DNA of 49,509 bases from an uncultured Methanosarcinales archaeon. GTDB lineage: Archaea; Nanobdellota; Nanobdellia; Woesearchaeales; CAYNLP01. The stretch lies in the NCBI GenBank assembly GCA_964398115.1, contig CAYNLP010000001.1, forward strand, positions 37,590 through 87,098. The letters run 5' to 3'. The notes under the pieces were generated by a model. It was not told the origin of the DNA, ran no database searches, and saw nothing but the letters and a program-made list of their open reading frames with translations. Made by a program: the position numbers and the translations under genes. This document shows positions 17,501-25,947 of this stretch, one piece after another. The first letter of the stretch is position 1. Each line of letters starts with the position of its first letter.

Positions 17501-18297
17501 CTGCAAGCGATGTAGAAGATTTCATGAACGATCTTAAAAGTTACTGTTCAGGACCTGCTTGTAATGCTATACCAAAAGTTGAAGAGGTAAATAATGGAAA
17601 AGTAATCTTTGTCTCAGGCGAATCAATGGAAGCCAGCCAAGCAGTAGATTACGTAACTGACCAGATAAACCAGGCGAGAGACGAAAGAAAAGAAGAATTA
17701 CAAAACTTAATGGAAAAAGAATTAGACGCTTCCGATCACGTCATGGATGCTATAAGAACAGGTATCAGCTTTTCAAGAGTTGGCAACACCGCCGTGGATA
17801 TATTGGATCCGGATTGGGGATTCCTACAAGACTACAAAGAGATAGTGCCTCAAAAGATTGGTCAGATATTCGACGTACCCCAACAAGCAATAGGAAAAGC
17901 TTGCAAACAAAACTTTGACCTACAAACCACAGGAACTCTACCAGGCGGTCCAAGCGTGAACTTCCAGCCAGCAATGCATTTAGAGGCTTATAAGCAAGCT
18001 AGAGAGCCAGGAAGTGAGTATAGCATCACTGCAGTAGTCACGCCACCCGTCAAGGATAACGCGACTTTCAACATAGTAGCAAAAGGAGAGGAAGAAAAAG
18101 TGGTAGTGGAAGACGTCACGGTAACCAACACGTCAGGTAGTTACAGCAGAACCCGAACTAACACGATCAAGTTCAGAAGTGAAAATCAGTATGATAAAGT
18201 GTGCTTCCGATTTGAAAAAATTCCTGAAAACGGTTACGGCGGTATAAGCCTCGAAAACAACGAATTCTGTAACGAGGTAAAAGAGGTGGAAGTATGA
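14569..18297 (+). CDS. Giant secreted Cys-rich surface protein (Ig-like N-terminal repeats, Cys-rich core, Q/E coiled coil, beta-rich C-terminus)
   Basis: Sec signal MTRKVILGLITIFLLTIPLSSGQ. DxTxPxI-type Ig-domain starts (DNTQPVIENIG, DRTKPEIQSF). Very Cys-dense central region (about aa 520-790). Coiled coil ELQEQAQENQERKQQQREDQEE. No recognised family. Confidence 0.8.
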   Translation: MTRKVILGLITIFLLTIPLSSGQEVTNLELTKYDSKVELVSTQNYRTADMHFTYQGPSFDEVTIDTGNLYVEDDNPVKTISRNNCVKENDAYHCTLTDLRIQPPVQEGNTFQGQINFRFIGDEIHEDRVNYNFEIDNTQPVIENIGTPACEEDCNIGPNGKLKIKIQDEKASFNNGYIFYHVNEGSAYMVDSCNSTTCTASINYNCQQGENVKVDIGDYQNVPSQDDAGNPVRFNEGEITETFTCDRTKPEIQSFTVTSEGTPQITENETVTIQATVKDNSAVLIKANAKSFNEKDKVLTNKCTPNGESQQCTLKFKANKSAYRQARIQFTFEDEAGNTVSTKKQLEILEEATGDVNNLWTVRNVQASPTQVNTKTLQYFEKKVYASTALIPELGGAGVVQQKLQGCQVEEPNMNLEAELMSTGKTFQVKTTLPTSLSQTKKSKIFINCTVETHSKRRTRAVSNSEIDSFSYQINLEDFPDRPEKLQEELKNIQSQNKKWNDYFGTVQKWTNTFTTICRAGQKIKGITGLLGGVEQAFCSNPVTAGAAPSLKPPADATGKSSDALWTGLGKFCKFLTCNTKVQEGLEDWVTSLDFGSGASVDSITSSLGLPKEALFRPENSLVWSAATLCLPGMVSNLQRYRVIQCEYQRCIQQDSIQAGIPSYACREVKSRSTCQFTTGQISKLIPQSLMFQQAGNLVKQALSNPIGLLGAGINTVFSCASKPACSGHVACTITDAVSKVGQYVSMFKGISNTATSMKNGFNSAQQTGPCKAVKEQGDVELYDPVVDSQISESEKSSFRNCQNGMCSNGNIRVGPNGNTELLAYPDDSGNGNLHIKYEGSYRRIERTSESLNIDMTQTIDENNIKSSQAQTITIVRTQPTVTVGMQAGLETTGSDTFSKKQILEKTEAGTTPATEKVLADRDELQEQAQENQERKQQQREDQEESNEAAKQHGQAIGQLNKLENEVERWASNQEDYTASDVEDFMNDLKSYCSGPACNAIPKVEEVNNGKVIFVSGESMEASQAVDYVTDQINQARDERKEELQNLMEKELDASDHVMDAIRTGISFSRVGNTAVDILDPDWGFLQDYKEIVPQKIGQIFDVPQQAIGKACKQNFDLQTTGTLPGGPSVNFQPAMHLEAYKQAREPGSEYSITAVVTPPVKDNATFNIVAKGEEEKVVVEDVTVTNTSGSYSRTRTNTIKFRSENQYDKVCFRFEKIPENGYGGISLENNEFCNEVKEVEV

Positions 18298-20408
18298 AGA
18301 AAGGACAATTCACAATAACAGTGATAATAGCCCTGCTGATTCTAGTAGGAGTTGGTGTTTTCATATACTATACTTCTCAACCCACGGAAAATCCAGAGGT
18401 GGAAACTGAGGTGAAGACTCCTGTAGCGAGTTATGTTTCCAGCTGTACACAAGAAGTAGCTAGGCAAGGATTAGAAAGGATTGGCAGACAAGGCGGTTAC
18501 GTCAATTCGTCAAAACACTATTCCTTAGATAGTAATTTACCAACTACAGAAAAGCCATACTTGCAAGTGGCGCCAGATTCTGAAAGTATAATTCCATACT
18601 GGCATTACCTTCAATCAAGTAACGAGTGTTCAGAAAATTGTAGGTTTGAAAGTGAAGCACCTACGTTGCAGGGATCACAAGATAGTATTCAAGCACAATT
18701 AGAAAGGTATGTTGATAGAAATGTTGAGAATTGTATCGCAAACTTTTCTAGCATTCAAGAAAGCAAGGTTGAAGTCTTAGGTCAGCCACGTTCAAGAGTT
18801 GAATTTCTTGATAACAACGTACAAGTTAAATTGAATTATCCGTTAAGGGTTAAAACAGATACAGAGAACGTTACTTTAGAAGACCACACTGCAGAGTTGG
18901 ATGTCGCGTTTAAGAGGTTGTATAAGACAGCGATTGGTTTGAACAAGTTTAACACAAACGTTGACTTTTTCGAAAATTCTGTTTCAAAAAGCGTGCTTAA
19001 CTCACACTCTATGGGGTTAGATCCTGAAATACCTCCAATGCAAGGTGGTGTCGAGTTTGACAGTGCAGGTCCTTGGTACAAGCCAGATGTTAGAGAGAAA
19101 TTAAAGACTTATTTGAATGATGAAATGAGTAAGGTTAGCGTGGAAGGAACAGTTAACAGCCAAATCGTCCTGACAAACAATACAGTTAGGAATGCTCAAA
19201 ATGACGATCTCTACCTTCCAGGGGAAGGAACTCCTTATAGTTATCAAAAAATTTCTGACCTTGCTATAAGTTTTGAGTACTTGCCGTGGTGGGATTTGTA
19301 TCTTGACATCACTGGTGAGGGAAGCAGTGGACAATTCATAAGACCCCAGCCCATTTGGCCTCCTAGCCTTGGAGGAATGCTACTCCCGTTGCGTATAGAG
19401 AATTTCAATTATGATTTGAGTTATCCAGTAATGGCTACGGTTAGTCAACCAAATGCTTTCGGTGGAGACGGTTATGAACTCCGTTTTGCGGTAGAGTCTA
19501 ACTTAAGAAATAACGATCCTTTGAACTCCAGTTTTTCTTCTACGTTTTTAGAATTGCAAAGCACGGGAACTTATTTGTGTGATCAGCAGCAGAGAAATAG
19601 TGGCGATATTAATATCACGGTAGAGAACGAGGTTACGGGTGAAAGGTTGGAAGGAGCAAGCATACAGTATAGTTGTGGTTCTGAAAGTTGTTATATTGAT
19701 GAGACTAACAGTACTGGTTTCGTTTCAGAAAATTTACCGGTTTGTGGTAATGGATTGTTGACGGTTAACAAGCCAGGTTTTGGAAGTGAAGAAGTCAGCC
19801 TTACCACCCAGGCTGGTCGTTCAGAAAGTTTGACGGTGGAGTTAATGCCTGAGTTTGAAGTTGAGGCGACGGTTATGAAGAAAATGCTTGGTGAGGTTGA
19901 ACCTGAAAGTTATCAGGAAGAGAGTACTTGGAACTTTGTTGGTACTTTAAGAGAGTTAGAACGGGATGAAACCGCTATAATCGTTTTGAGAAAGGTTGAT
20001 AGTGACTACACCCGGGTTGTTGAGTATAATGGTTCTGGCGTTCCTGCAACGGTTTCACTTAGTCCTGGAACTTATGAATTAGAAGGTCACTTGACTAAGA
20101 ATGTTTCTGACAATCCAGTTGTCATTTCTGAAAAAGAAGTTTGTGAAGGAGTTCCTGGATTTGAAGAGTGTGTTGTTTTGAATAGCACTGAAATGAACAA
20201 GACTGTCTTAAGTGGAGGTTTGGATTTGAGTGGTGAAAACAGTGTGGACATTTCCGCTTCTAACCTTCAAAGCGGTAGTATTAGGTTTTACGTCGCAGGA
20301 GTAAATGTTAATGATATTGACAGGCATTTGGACATGACAGTTTTCGGGAAGTATCCTGAAATAACGGGTGATAACTCGGGAGAGTTTAAGCCTGAATTTA
20401 CTGGTTAG
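18294..20408 (+). CDS. Large surface protein with class III (type IV pilin-like) signal peptide
   Basis: N-terminus MKKGQFTITVIIALLILVGVGVFIYY matches the archaeal prepilin KGQ-plus-hydrophobic pattern. The ATG overlaps the upstream stop (ATGA) and follows GAGGTGG. There is a CarboxypepD_reg-like beta-sandwich segment (GDINITVENEVTGERLEGASIQ...LLTVNKPGF). Confidence 0.8.
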   Translation: MKKGQFTITVIIALLILVGVGVFIYYTSQPTENPEVETEVKTPVASYVSSCTQEVARQGLERIGRQGGYVNSSKHYSLDSNLPTTEKPYLQVAPDSESIIPYWHYLQSSNECSENCRFESEAPTLQGSQDSIQAQLERYVDRNVENCIANFSSIQESKVEVLGQPRSRVEFLDNNVQVKLNYPLRVKTDTENVTLEDHTAELDVAFKRLYKTAIGLNKFNTNVDFFENSVSKSVLNSHSMGLDPEIPPMQGGVEFDSAGPWYKPDVREKLKTYLNDEMSKVSVEGTVNSQIVLTNNTVRNAQNDDLYLPGEGTPYSYQKISDLAISFEYLPWWDLYLDITGEGSSGQFIRPQPIWPPSLGGMLLPLRIENFNYDLSYPVMATVSQPNAFGGDGYELRFAVESNLRNNDPLNSSFSSTFLELQSTGTYLCDQQQRNSGDINITVENEVTGERLEGASIQYSCGSESCYIDETNSTGFVSENLPVCGNGLLTVNKPGFGSEEVSLTTQAGRSESLTVELMPEFEVEATVMKKMLGEVEPESYQEESTWNFVGTLRELERDETAIIVLRKVDSDYTRVVEYNGSGVPATVSLSPGTYELEGHLTKNVSDNPVVISEKEVCEGVPGFEECVVLNSTEMNKTVLSGGLDLSGENSVDISASNLQSGSIRFYVAGVNVNDIDRHLDMTVFGKYPEITGDNSGEFKPEFTG

Positions 20409-21300
20409 ATTGGCTCATTATTTGTACGTCTTTTAACCTGTCGCAGTAGTTCTTGTTGTTTTCTTGTTGTACTTCGGTGCAGTATTGAGTTTGTCCTTCT
20501 ACTATAAAGTTCATGTAGCAGTTGTCTCTCGTGGTGGTATCGCTTATTTTTTGGCAGAATTGGGCTCTGTTTGATTCTTTTACTACGAGGAATAGGCAGT
20601 CATCTTTTTGGGTTTGGTTTTCTAGTTTCATGCAGAGTTGTTCTGCTTGGCTTGGTTGTGTGGCTGCTTTGTTGCGTACTTTTTCTAATATGTTGTCTTC
20701 AGTTGATTGATCTTTTGTTTCTTGAGAATTTCTTGGTTGTACTTGGAATGTGAATGAGGAGCTCGCCTTTTTACCGTCGTAGTTTGCTATTGCTTCGAGG
20801 GTGTAAGTTCCAGGCTGGTTGGGAGCTTGGATGCTTCCATCTCTTATCACGGAAGTGCTTACTGCAAATGTTTCTTCATTGCTATAAACCGCTTCTCCAT
20901 TATCATCTAAAATTTTGTAATTAACCACTGCGTCAAACTTTTCTGCATCTCCTAGATTGGTTAGTTTTATACTGTAAGATACTTGTCCGCCCGCTTGGAC
21001 GGTTCCTCCTGTCTTGGTGATTTGAAAGTCTAATAACGCTTCGGATCCTATCATGCCAGCGAATTCTAGAACTCCTATCACTATGCCGGCTGCTAGTATT
21101 AATAAGAGTAGGGTGTAGGCTATGGCAGATTTGGAGATGTGATGTTCGTGCTTTACTGTTTGTCCTGTTCTACTGGCTCTTTTCAACGCGTTGTTAATGG
21201 TTTGATTGTCGTATCCATAGTTTTCTAGATAACTCTTTATGTAATCCTCGCTATATCCTTGGTTGATGAGTTTTTCAACATAATCTGCCAGGTCTGTCAT
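20398..21300 (-). CDS. Bitopic membrane protein: cytoplasmic helical N-domain, TM, Ig/CARDB-like ectodomain, Cys-repeat tail
   Basis: N-terminal DYVEKLINQGYSEDYIKSYLENYGYD and TM AYTLLLLILAAGIVIGVL. Beta-sandwich-like GGQVSYSIKLTNLGDAE...PGTYTLEAIANY. C-terminal repeats of C-x8-10-(D/R)(D/N)-C. Confidence 0.7.
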   Translation of the reverse strand: MTDLADYVEKLINQGYSEDYIKSYLENYGYDNQTINNALKRASRTGQTVKHEHHISKSAIAYTLLLLILAAGIVIGVLEFAGMIGSEALLDFQITKTGGTVQAGGQVSYSIKLTNLGDAEKFDAVVNYKILDDNGEAVYSNEETFAVSTSVIRDGSIQAPNQPGTYTLEAIANYDGKKASSSFTFQVQPRNSQETKDQSTEDNILEKVRNKAATQPSQAEQLCMKLENQTQKDDCLFLVVKESNRAQFCQKISDTTTRDNCYMNFIVEGQTQYCTEVQQENNKNYCDRLKDVQIMSQSNQ

Positions 21301-21384
21301 TAACTTGTTTTTTACTACTGTTTGTATATAAAATTAGTGGAAAGGCAAAAGTTTAAATTCTACAATTACCTGGTTTATAAATTG

Positions 21385-21993
21385 ATGAGTGAAAAACCTG
21401 AACCGATTAGGAAGTTAGAGGAGAGAGATAAGCGTATTTATCAGGCTATTCAAAGTGCTCGGTTAGCTTCTACTCAAGCTAAGTTGGCTGGTGAGGAAAA
21501 GCTAGTGGATGAGTCGGGTAGTCCTGATTATGGCAAGTTGCAAGATAAAGAGGTTCAGGATGAGTCTATCGATGCTATGGTTGAGTCGTACGCTTCAGCT
21601 GCTACTAAGCATTTCCGAGTTGAGGACACTCCTGTTGACGATCCTGATTTCTATGAAGACTTGGTGAAGGAGTTTACTGGTTTGACTAGGGATGAATTGG
21701 AGAAGCATATGAGGACTCACGAAGATAAGTTCTTTGATGTTTTTTATGAGCAGGTGCATGATAATGTTATTAGTAGGTTGGAGAGACAGTTGAGGCCTTA
21801 TGCTCATGATCATATTGGTGAGGAGCATATTGATGATTTGGTTGAGCATATGGATTCAGAGGTTGATTACGATTCTGATATGTTGAAGCCTCGGCAAGCG
21901 GCTGTTTTGTATAATATGCATCAGAGTAGAGGGCCTGTGTCTGAGGAGGTTGTTGAAGATTTGCCGGATTATTTGATTAAAGATGCGGCTTAA
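21385..21993 (+). CDS. Acidic hypothetical protein
   Basis: 203-aa D/E-rich ORF from the first ATG. The track TTG start at 21322 is less plausible. No motif recognised. Confidence 0.5.
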   Translation: MSEKPEPIRKLEERDKRIYQAIQSARLASTQAKLAGEEKLVDESGSPDYGKLQDKEVQDESIDAMVESYASAATKHFRVEDTPVDDPDFYEDLVKEFTGLTRDELEKHMRTHEDKFFDVFYEQVHDNVISRLERQLRPYAHDHIGEEHIDDLVEHMDSEVDYDSDMLKPRQAAVLYNMHQSRGPVSEEVVEDLPDYLIKDAA

Positions 21994-22092
21994 GAATGAT
22001 TTCCTTTATAAATAAAACCGAAACATTTAAATACCACAAATGTAATTACTACTAATAGATAACAAAAAATTAAATTCAAGGGGGTAATCACC

Positions 22093-22716
22093 ATGCCAGA
22101 AGAAAACATTCCACAACCAGTTTCAACATACCGAGAGGAAAGAGACGAAGTTGATAGATCAACAAACGAAGCACGATTCAACTTCGAAAGAGGCTTAGTC
22201 AGAGGATTAGAAACACAGCTAGGTGAAAACGGTTACGACTGGCCCGCAGAAGGAGTAGACGCTGAAGAAGTAGCCGACACATACAGACAATTTGGTTTAG
22301 AATTCATAAGTGGAAAAGGTCAAGAACAAATCCAAAACGTTGGAAATATAGAAGATGATTCATTTGTCAACGCATTGCTTCACGGAGTCCTACCTAGAAC
22401 CAACTTAGTTTACAACATGGTTGACCAGATGGGAACAGATGTCAGCGTTGGAAGAATTGAACAAACAGATCAATTCCAAGAAGAAATGCAGACAGCTAGA
22501 CAAGCTAGAGCTAGTGACTTAGAAAGAGCAGCTCAAGAACTATCAGCTGAAGACGTTGTCAATTACACAGGAATTGATGAAGAGCCTTACGACTTAAACG
22601 CTGATAGGATTAGAGACAATCCGCAAATCTTCGGACCTCTCATCGACGCAAAAGATGAAGGTCAGTTGGAACAAATGTTGCGACAAGGCGGATTCTACCA
22701 ACCAAGTAGGAATTAA
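22093..22716 (+). CDS. Acidic hypothetical protein
   Basis: ATG lies 8 nt after GGGGGT. 207 aa, D/E/Q-rich, no motif recognised. Confidence 0.55.
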   Translation: MPEENIPQPVSTYREERDEVDRSTNEARFNFERGLVRGLETQLGENGYDWPAEGVDAEEVADTYRQFGLEFISGKGQEQIQNVGNIEDDSFVNALLHGVLPRTNLVYNMVDQMGTDVSVGRIEQTDQFQEEMQTARQARASDLERAAQELSAEDVVNYTGIDEEPYDLNADRIRDNPQIFGPLIDAKDEGQLEQMLRQGGFYQPSRN

Positions 22717-22798
22717 ATTTCTTTTCTCTATTTTTTTCCTATTTTTTTATCAAAACCTTTATAAATTTCTTAGAGTTAGCGATTTCTATGGGGGATAA

Positions 22799-24649
22799 AT
22801 GGTGAAAGATTACGAACCTTCTCAACTGCCGGAAGAACCCGATCCAGAAAAAGAAAATCCTTTAGATAATTTGGATCAACAGTTAGGTGAAGATCTCTCC
22901 AATGAAGCTCTAGACAAGCTTGAAGAAATCCAGGGCAAGTTGGACTCGTTTAAAGAAGACGTTCTAGATAAGTTCCAAGATTACGTAGTAGGCATTTCTT
23001 TACTTCCACCAAGTCAGGAAGAAGAGGCTAAAGATAACATAAACTTGATGGTGTTGATAGATGATTCAGACAGCGAAAAAATGAGTAAACAAGAACTTAA
23101 AGAAAAACTTACCAAAATCATCGGCGACATGGCACAAAACGTAGACGAAAATATGAAACCAGACGTCCTCCTCTTAAGTGAATTGTGGCAGATGTGCTAC
23201 GATGGAAAATACGACATATTACAAACAATTAGCATGAGCGCACCGGTTTATGACACAGGAATGCTAGACGCTATCAAAATTGCAGAAGTTCATAAAAACA
23301 TGGTTCTCGAAAAATTCGAAAAATACATCGTTTGCTACGTACTAGCCGGAAGCCTCGTACAAGGAAGAGCCACGCCCAAGTCAGACATTGATGTCTTCAT
23401 AGTAATTGACGACACCGACGTGAAAAGGATGAGTAGAGCCGAGCTTAAAGATAAATTACGAGCTATCATCGTTGGCATGGGAATGGACGCAGGAGAAATG
23501 ACCGGGATAAAGAACAAGTTAAACATTCAAGTATATATCCTCACTGACTTCTGGGATAATATCAAAGAAGCCAATCCGATTATCTTCACTTTCCTACGAG
23601 ATGGGGTGCCATTCTACGATCGAGGCATCTTCATGCCATGGAAACAACTCTTGCAGATGGGACGTATCAAGCCATCGCCGGAAGCAATAGACATGTACAA
23701 AAGCACCGGCGACAAAATGATTAAAAGAGCTCAAAGCAAATTGAAAGAGATAGCTATGGACGACTTGTTCTATGCAGCCTTGACACCAAGCCAAGCCGCG
23801 CTGATGATGTACGGTGAAGCACCACCGACGCCGAAAGAAACACCCGCCTTGTTAAAAGACATATTCGTAGAGAAAGAAGACTTACTAGAAGAAAAATACA
23901 TTAACACTATGAAGAAACTTATCAAAACCAGGAAGAGACTGGAACATGGAGACGTACAAGATATCAGTGGAGAAGAAATTGACGACTTGATGGAAAAAGC
24001 AGAAAACTACCTAGAAAGAATAAAAAGCTTATACGATGAAATAGAAGACTTGAAAGAAAGAGAAAGCATTATCGAAACATACGAGAAAGTTATTACAGTC
24101 GCTCGAGATGTTTTAAACCTAGAAGGAGTAGAGAAAGTAAGCGACGACAACATAATAGAAAAGTTTGAAAAAGAAGTCGTCAACGCAGGCATAATTCCAG
24201 AAAAGTTCTTAAGAATGATGAAAGACATAAAAGAAGCTAGAAATAAATACGAAAAAGGCGAACTCACCACATCTGACATTAACAAAGTGAAGAAACAAAG
24301 CAAAGAAGTTATCAAAAACTTAGTTGAACACATCCAAAGAAAGAGAGGAAGAGAACTAGAAAAAACTAAGTTAAGAGTCAAGTACGATGATGAAAAATTT
24401 GGAGAGATACTCTTACTAGAAAATCAAGCGTTCGTAACACACGACGTCGACAGTGAAGAAAAAGAAATTCACAAAGCAAGAATCACGGAAGAAGGAAGTT
24501 TAGAAAACATCGAAGAAAGCAGCTTAGAAGAAATGGAACAAGCTATTTCTAACACAGACCTACCTAACAGAACATTCATTAAAGAACCACTCTTTGAAGA
24601 CTTGAAAGACATTTTCGGCCGAGATGTAGAAGTTCTTGTCAATAGGTGA
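22799..24649 (+). CDS. Protein with duplicated minimal nucleotidyltransferase (Pol-beta-like) modules and long helical C-terminus
   Basis: Canonical GSLVQGRATPKSDIDVFIVIDDTD. An upstream degenerate copy (MVLIDDSDSEKMSKQELKEKL versus FIVIDDTDVKRMSRAELKDKL) shows internal duplication. Confidence 0.7.
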   Translation: MVKDYEPSQLPEEPDPEKENPLDNLDQQLGEDLSNEALDKLEEIQGKLDSFKEDVLDKFQDYVVGISLLPPSQEEEAKDNINLMVLIDDSDSEKMSKQELKEKLTKIIGDMAQNVDENMKPDVLLLSELWQMCYDGKYDILQTISMSAPVYDTGMLDAIKIAEVHKNMVLEKFEKYIVCYVLAGSLVQGRATPKSDIDVFIVIDDTDVKRMSRAELKDKLRAIIVGMGMDAGEMTGIKNKLNIQVYILTDFWDNIKEANPIIFTFLRDGVPFYDRGIFMPWKQLLQMGRIKPSPEAIDMYKSTGDKMIKRAQSKLKEIAMDDLFYAALTPSQAALMMYGEAPPTPKETPALLKDIFVEKEDLLEEKYINTMKKLIKTRKRLEHGDVQDISGEEIDDLMEKAENYLERIKSLYDEIEDLKERESIIETYEKVITVARDVLNLEGVEKVSDDNIIEKFEKEVVNAGIIPEKFLRMMKDIKEARNKYEKGELTTSDINKVKKQSKEVIKNLVEHIQRKRGRELEKTKLRVKYDDEKFGEILLLENQAFVTHDVDSEEKEIHKARITEEGSLENIEESSLEEMEQAISNTDLPNRTFIKEPLFEDLKDIFGRDVEVLVNR

Positions 24650-24653
24650 AAAT

Positions 24654-25202
24654 ATGAGGACTGGAATAAAAGTAAACGAAGCCATGACCACCAAACCAGT
24701 AACTACCAATCCTACCACGACTATTCAAGATGCTGCCCGGCTTATGACCAAATTCGACGTTGGAAGCGTATTAATCCAAGAACAAGAAGAAGTTATTGGT
24801 ATAGTAACGGAATACGACCTGACCAGAAAAGTAGTAGCGAATAACAGAGACACGACAGAACCAGTTGAGAACATCATGGAAGAAACCATGACAATGATAG
24901 AACCAGACCGAGACGTGACCGAAGCACTACAAATGATGAACGACAACGATATAAGACACTTACCCGTCGGTAAAGATGGAAAACTGAACGGTCTTATAAC
25001 CATGAAAGACATTCTGAAAATCGAGCCTGAATTATTCGAACTAGTTGTAGAGAAGATTAGATTAAGAGAAGAAAATAGGAAGCCAATAGCAACTGTTGTT
25101 GGTGAGGAAGGAATGTGTGAAAGTTGCGGCAATTACGCAGAAATATTGTATGAAGTGAACGGGTCTATGATATGCAGGAAATGTAGGGCTCAAGCTCAAT
25201 AA
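24654..25202 (+). CDS. CBS-domain pair protein with C-terminal zinc ribbon
   Basis: Two CBS repeats (VGSVLIQEQEEVIGIVTEYDL and IRHLPVGKDGKLNGLITMKDIL) and CESCG...CRKC. ATG follows AGGTGA. Confidence 0.8.
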   Translation: MRTGIKVNEAMTTKPVTTNPTTTIQDAARLMTKFDVGSVLIQEQEEVIGIVTEYDLTRKVVANNRDTTEPVENIMEETMTMIEPDRDVTEALQMMNDNDIRHLPVGKDGKLNGLITMKDILKIEPELFELVVEKIRLREENRKPIATVVGEEGMCESCGNYAEILYEVNGSMICRKCRAQAQ

Positions 25203-25247
25203 TATTTAAAAAGTGTCTTAGTATCTCATTCTACCAAGGGGATAACT

Positions 25248-25946
25248 TTGAATCCAGAGCACATCGGCGTTATAATGGACGGAAACCGTAGGTATGCACG
25301 TGAAAGAGATATGCATGCGTGGAAAGGGCACGAAGCAGGCGGTGAAAAACTAAAAGAATTCTTGGAATGGTGCAAAGACTTAGGGATTAAAGAAGCTACT
25401 TTCTACACTTTCTCAGTTCAAAACTTTAAGAGGAGTAAAAAAGAAAAACAAAAATTGTTCCATCTTATGAAAAAAGAACTATCAAACTTGATGGAAGATG
25501 ATAAGTTCTTGAAAAATGATCACGACGTACAAGTACGTTTTGTAGGCCGGACCAATATGTTTCCAGAAGAATTGCAAGAAAAAATGAAAGAGGTAGAACA
25601 ACATACTGAAGACAATAAAGAATACAACTTAAACTTCGCAGTAGGATACGGCGGTAGAGAAGAACTCATCGACGCAATAAGAAAAGTAGGAAAGAAAATA
25701 GAAAACGAAAAATTAAAAGCTGAAGAAGTAAGTCAAGAAGAAATCTCTGAAGAACTTTATCTAGATAGCGAACCTGACATGATAATAAGAACAGGCGACG
25801 TTGTAAGAACATCAAACTTCTTAATGTGGCAAGGAATATACTCAGAATGGTTCTTCCTTGAAAAAATGTGGCCCGCTATAGAGAAAGAAGACTTAAAACG
25901 ATGCATTGAAGAGTTCAAAAAACGAGAAAGGAGATTTGGTGAATAA
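25248..25946 (+). CDS. uppS: cis-prenyltransferase (undecaprenyl/tritrans,polycis-polyprenyl diphosphate synthase)
   Basis: HIGVIMDGNRRYA and RTSNFLMWQ signature motifs. TTG start 6 nt after AAGGGG. Confidence 0.9.
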   Translation: MNPEHIGVIMDGNRRYARERDMHAWKGHEAGGEKLKEFLEWCKDLGIKEATFYTFSVQNFKRSKKEKQKLFHLMKKELSNLMEDDKFLKNDHDVQVRFVGRTNMFPEELQEKMKEVEQHTEDNKEYNLNFAVGYGGREELIDAIRKVGKKIENEKLKAEEVSQEEISEELYLDSEPDMIIRTGDVVRTSNFLMWQGIYSEWFFLEKMWPAIEKEDLKRCIEEFKKRERRFGE

Positions 25947-25947
25947 A

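Noticed and set aside
17000-22000. Interpreting the composition shift as a replication origin or terminus via a GC-skew switch
   Set aside because: Spot counts elsewhere are inconsistent with a simple strand-wide skew: 12601-12660 gives G13 C9, 23401-23460 gives G16 C11 and 17881-17940 gives G9 C16. No Orc1/Cdc6 gene or ORB-like repeats are nearby. Gene-specific codon usage or a mosaic origin fits better.
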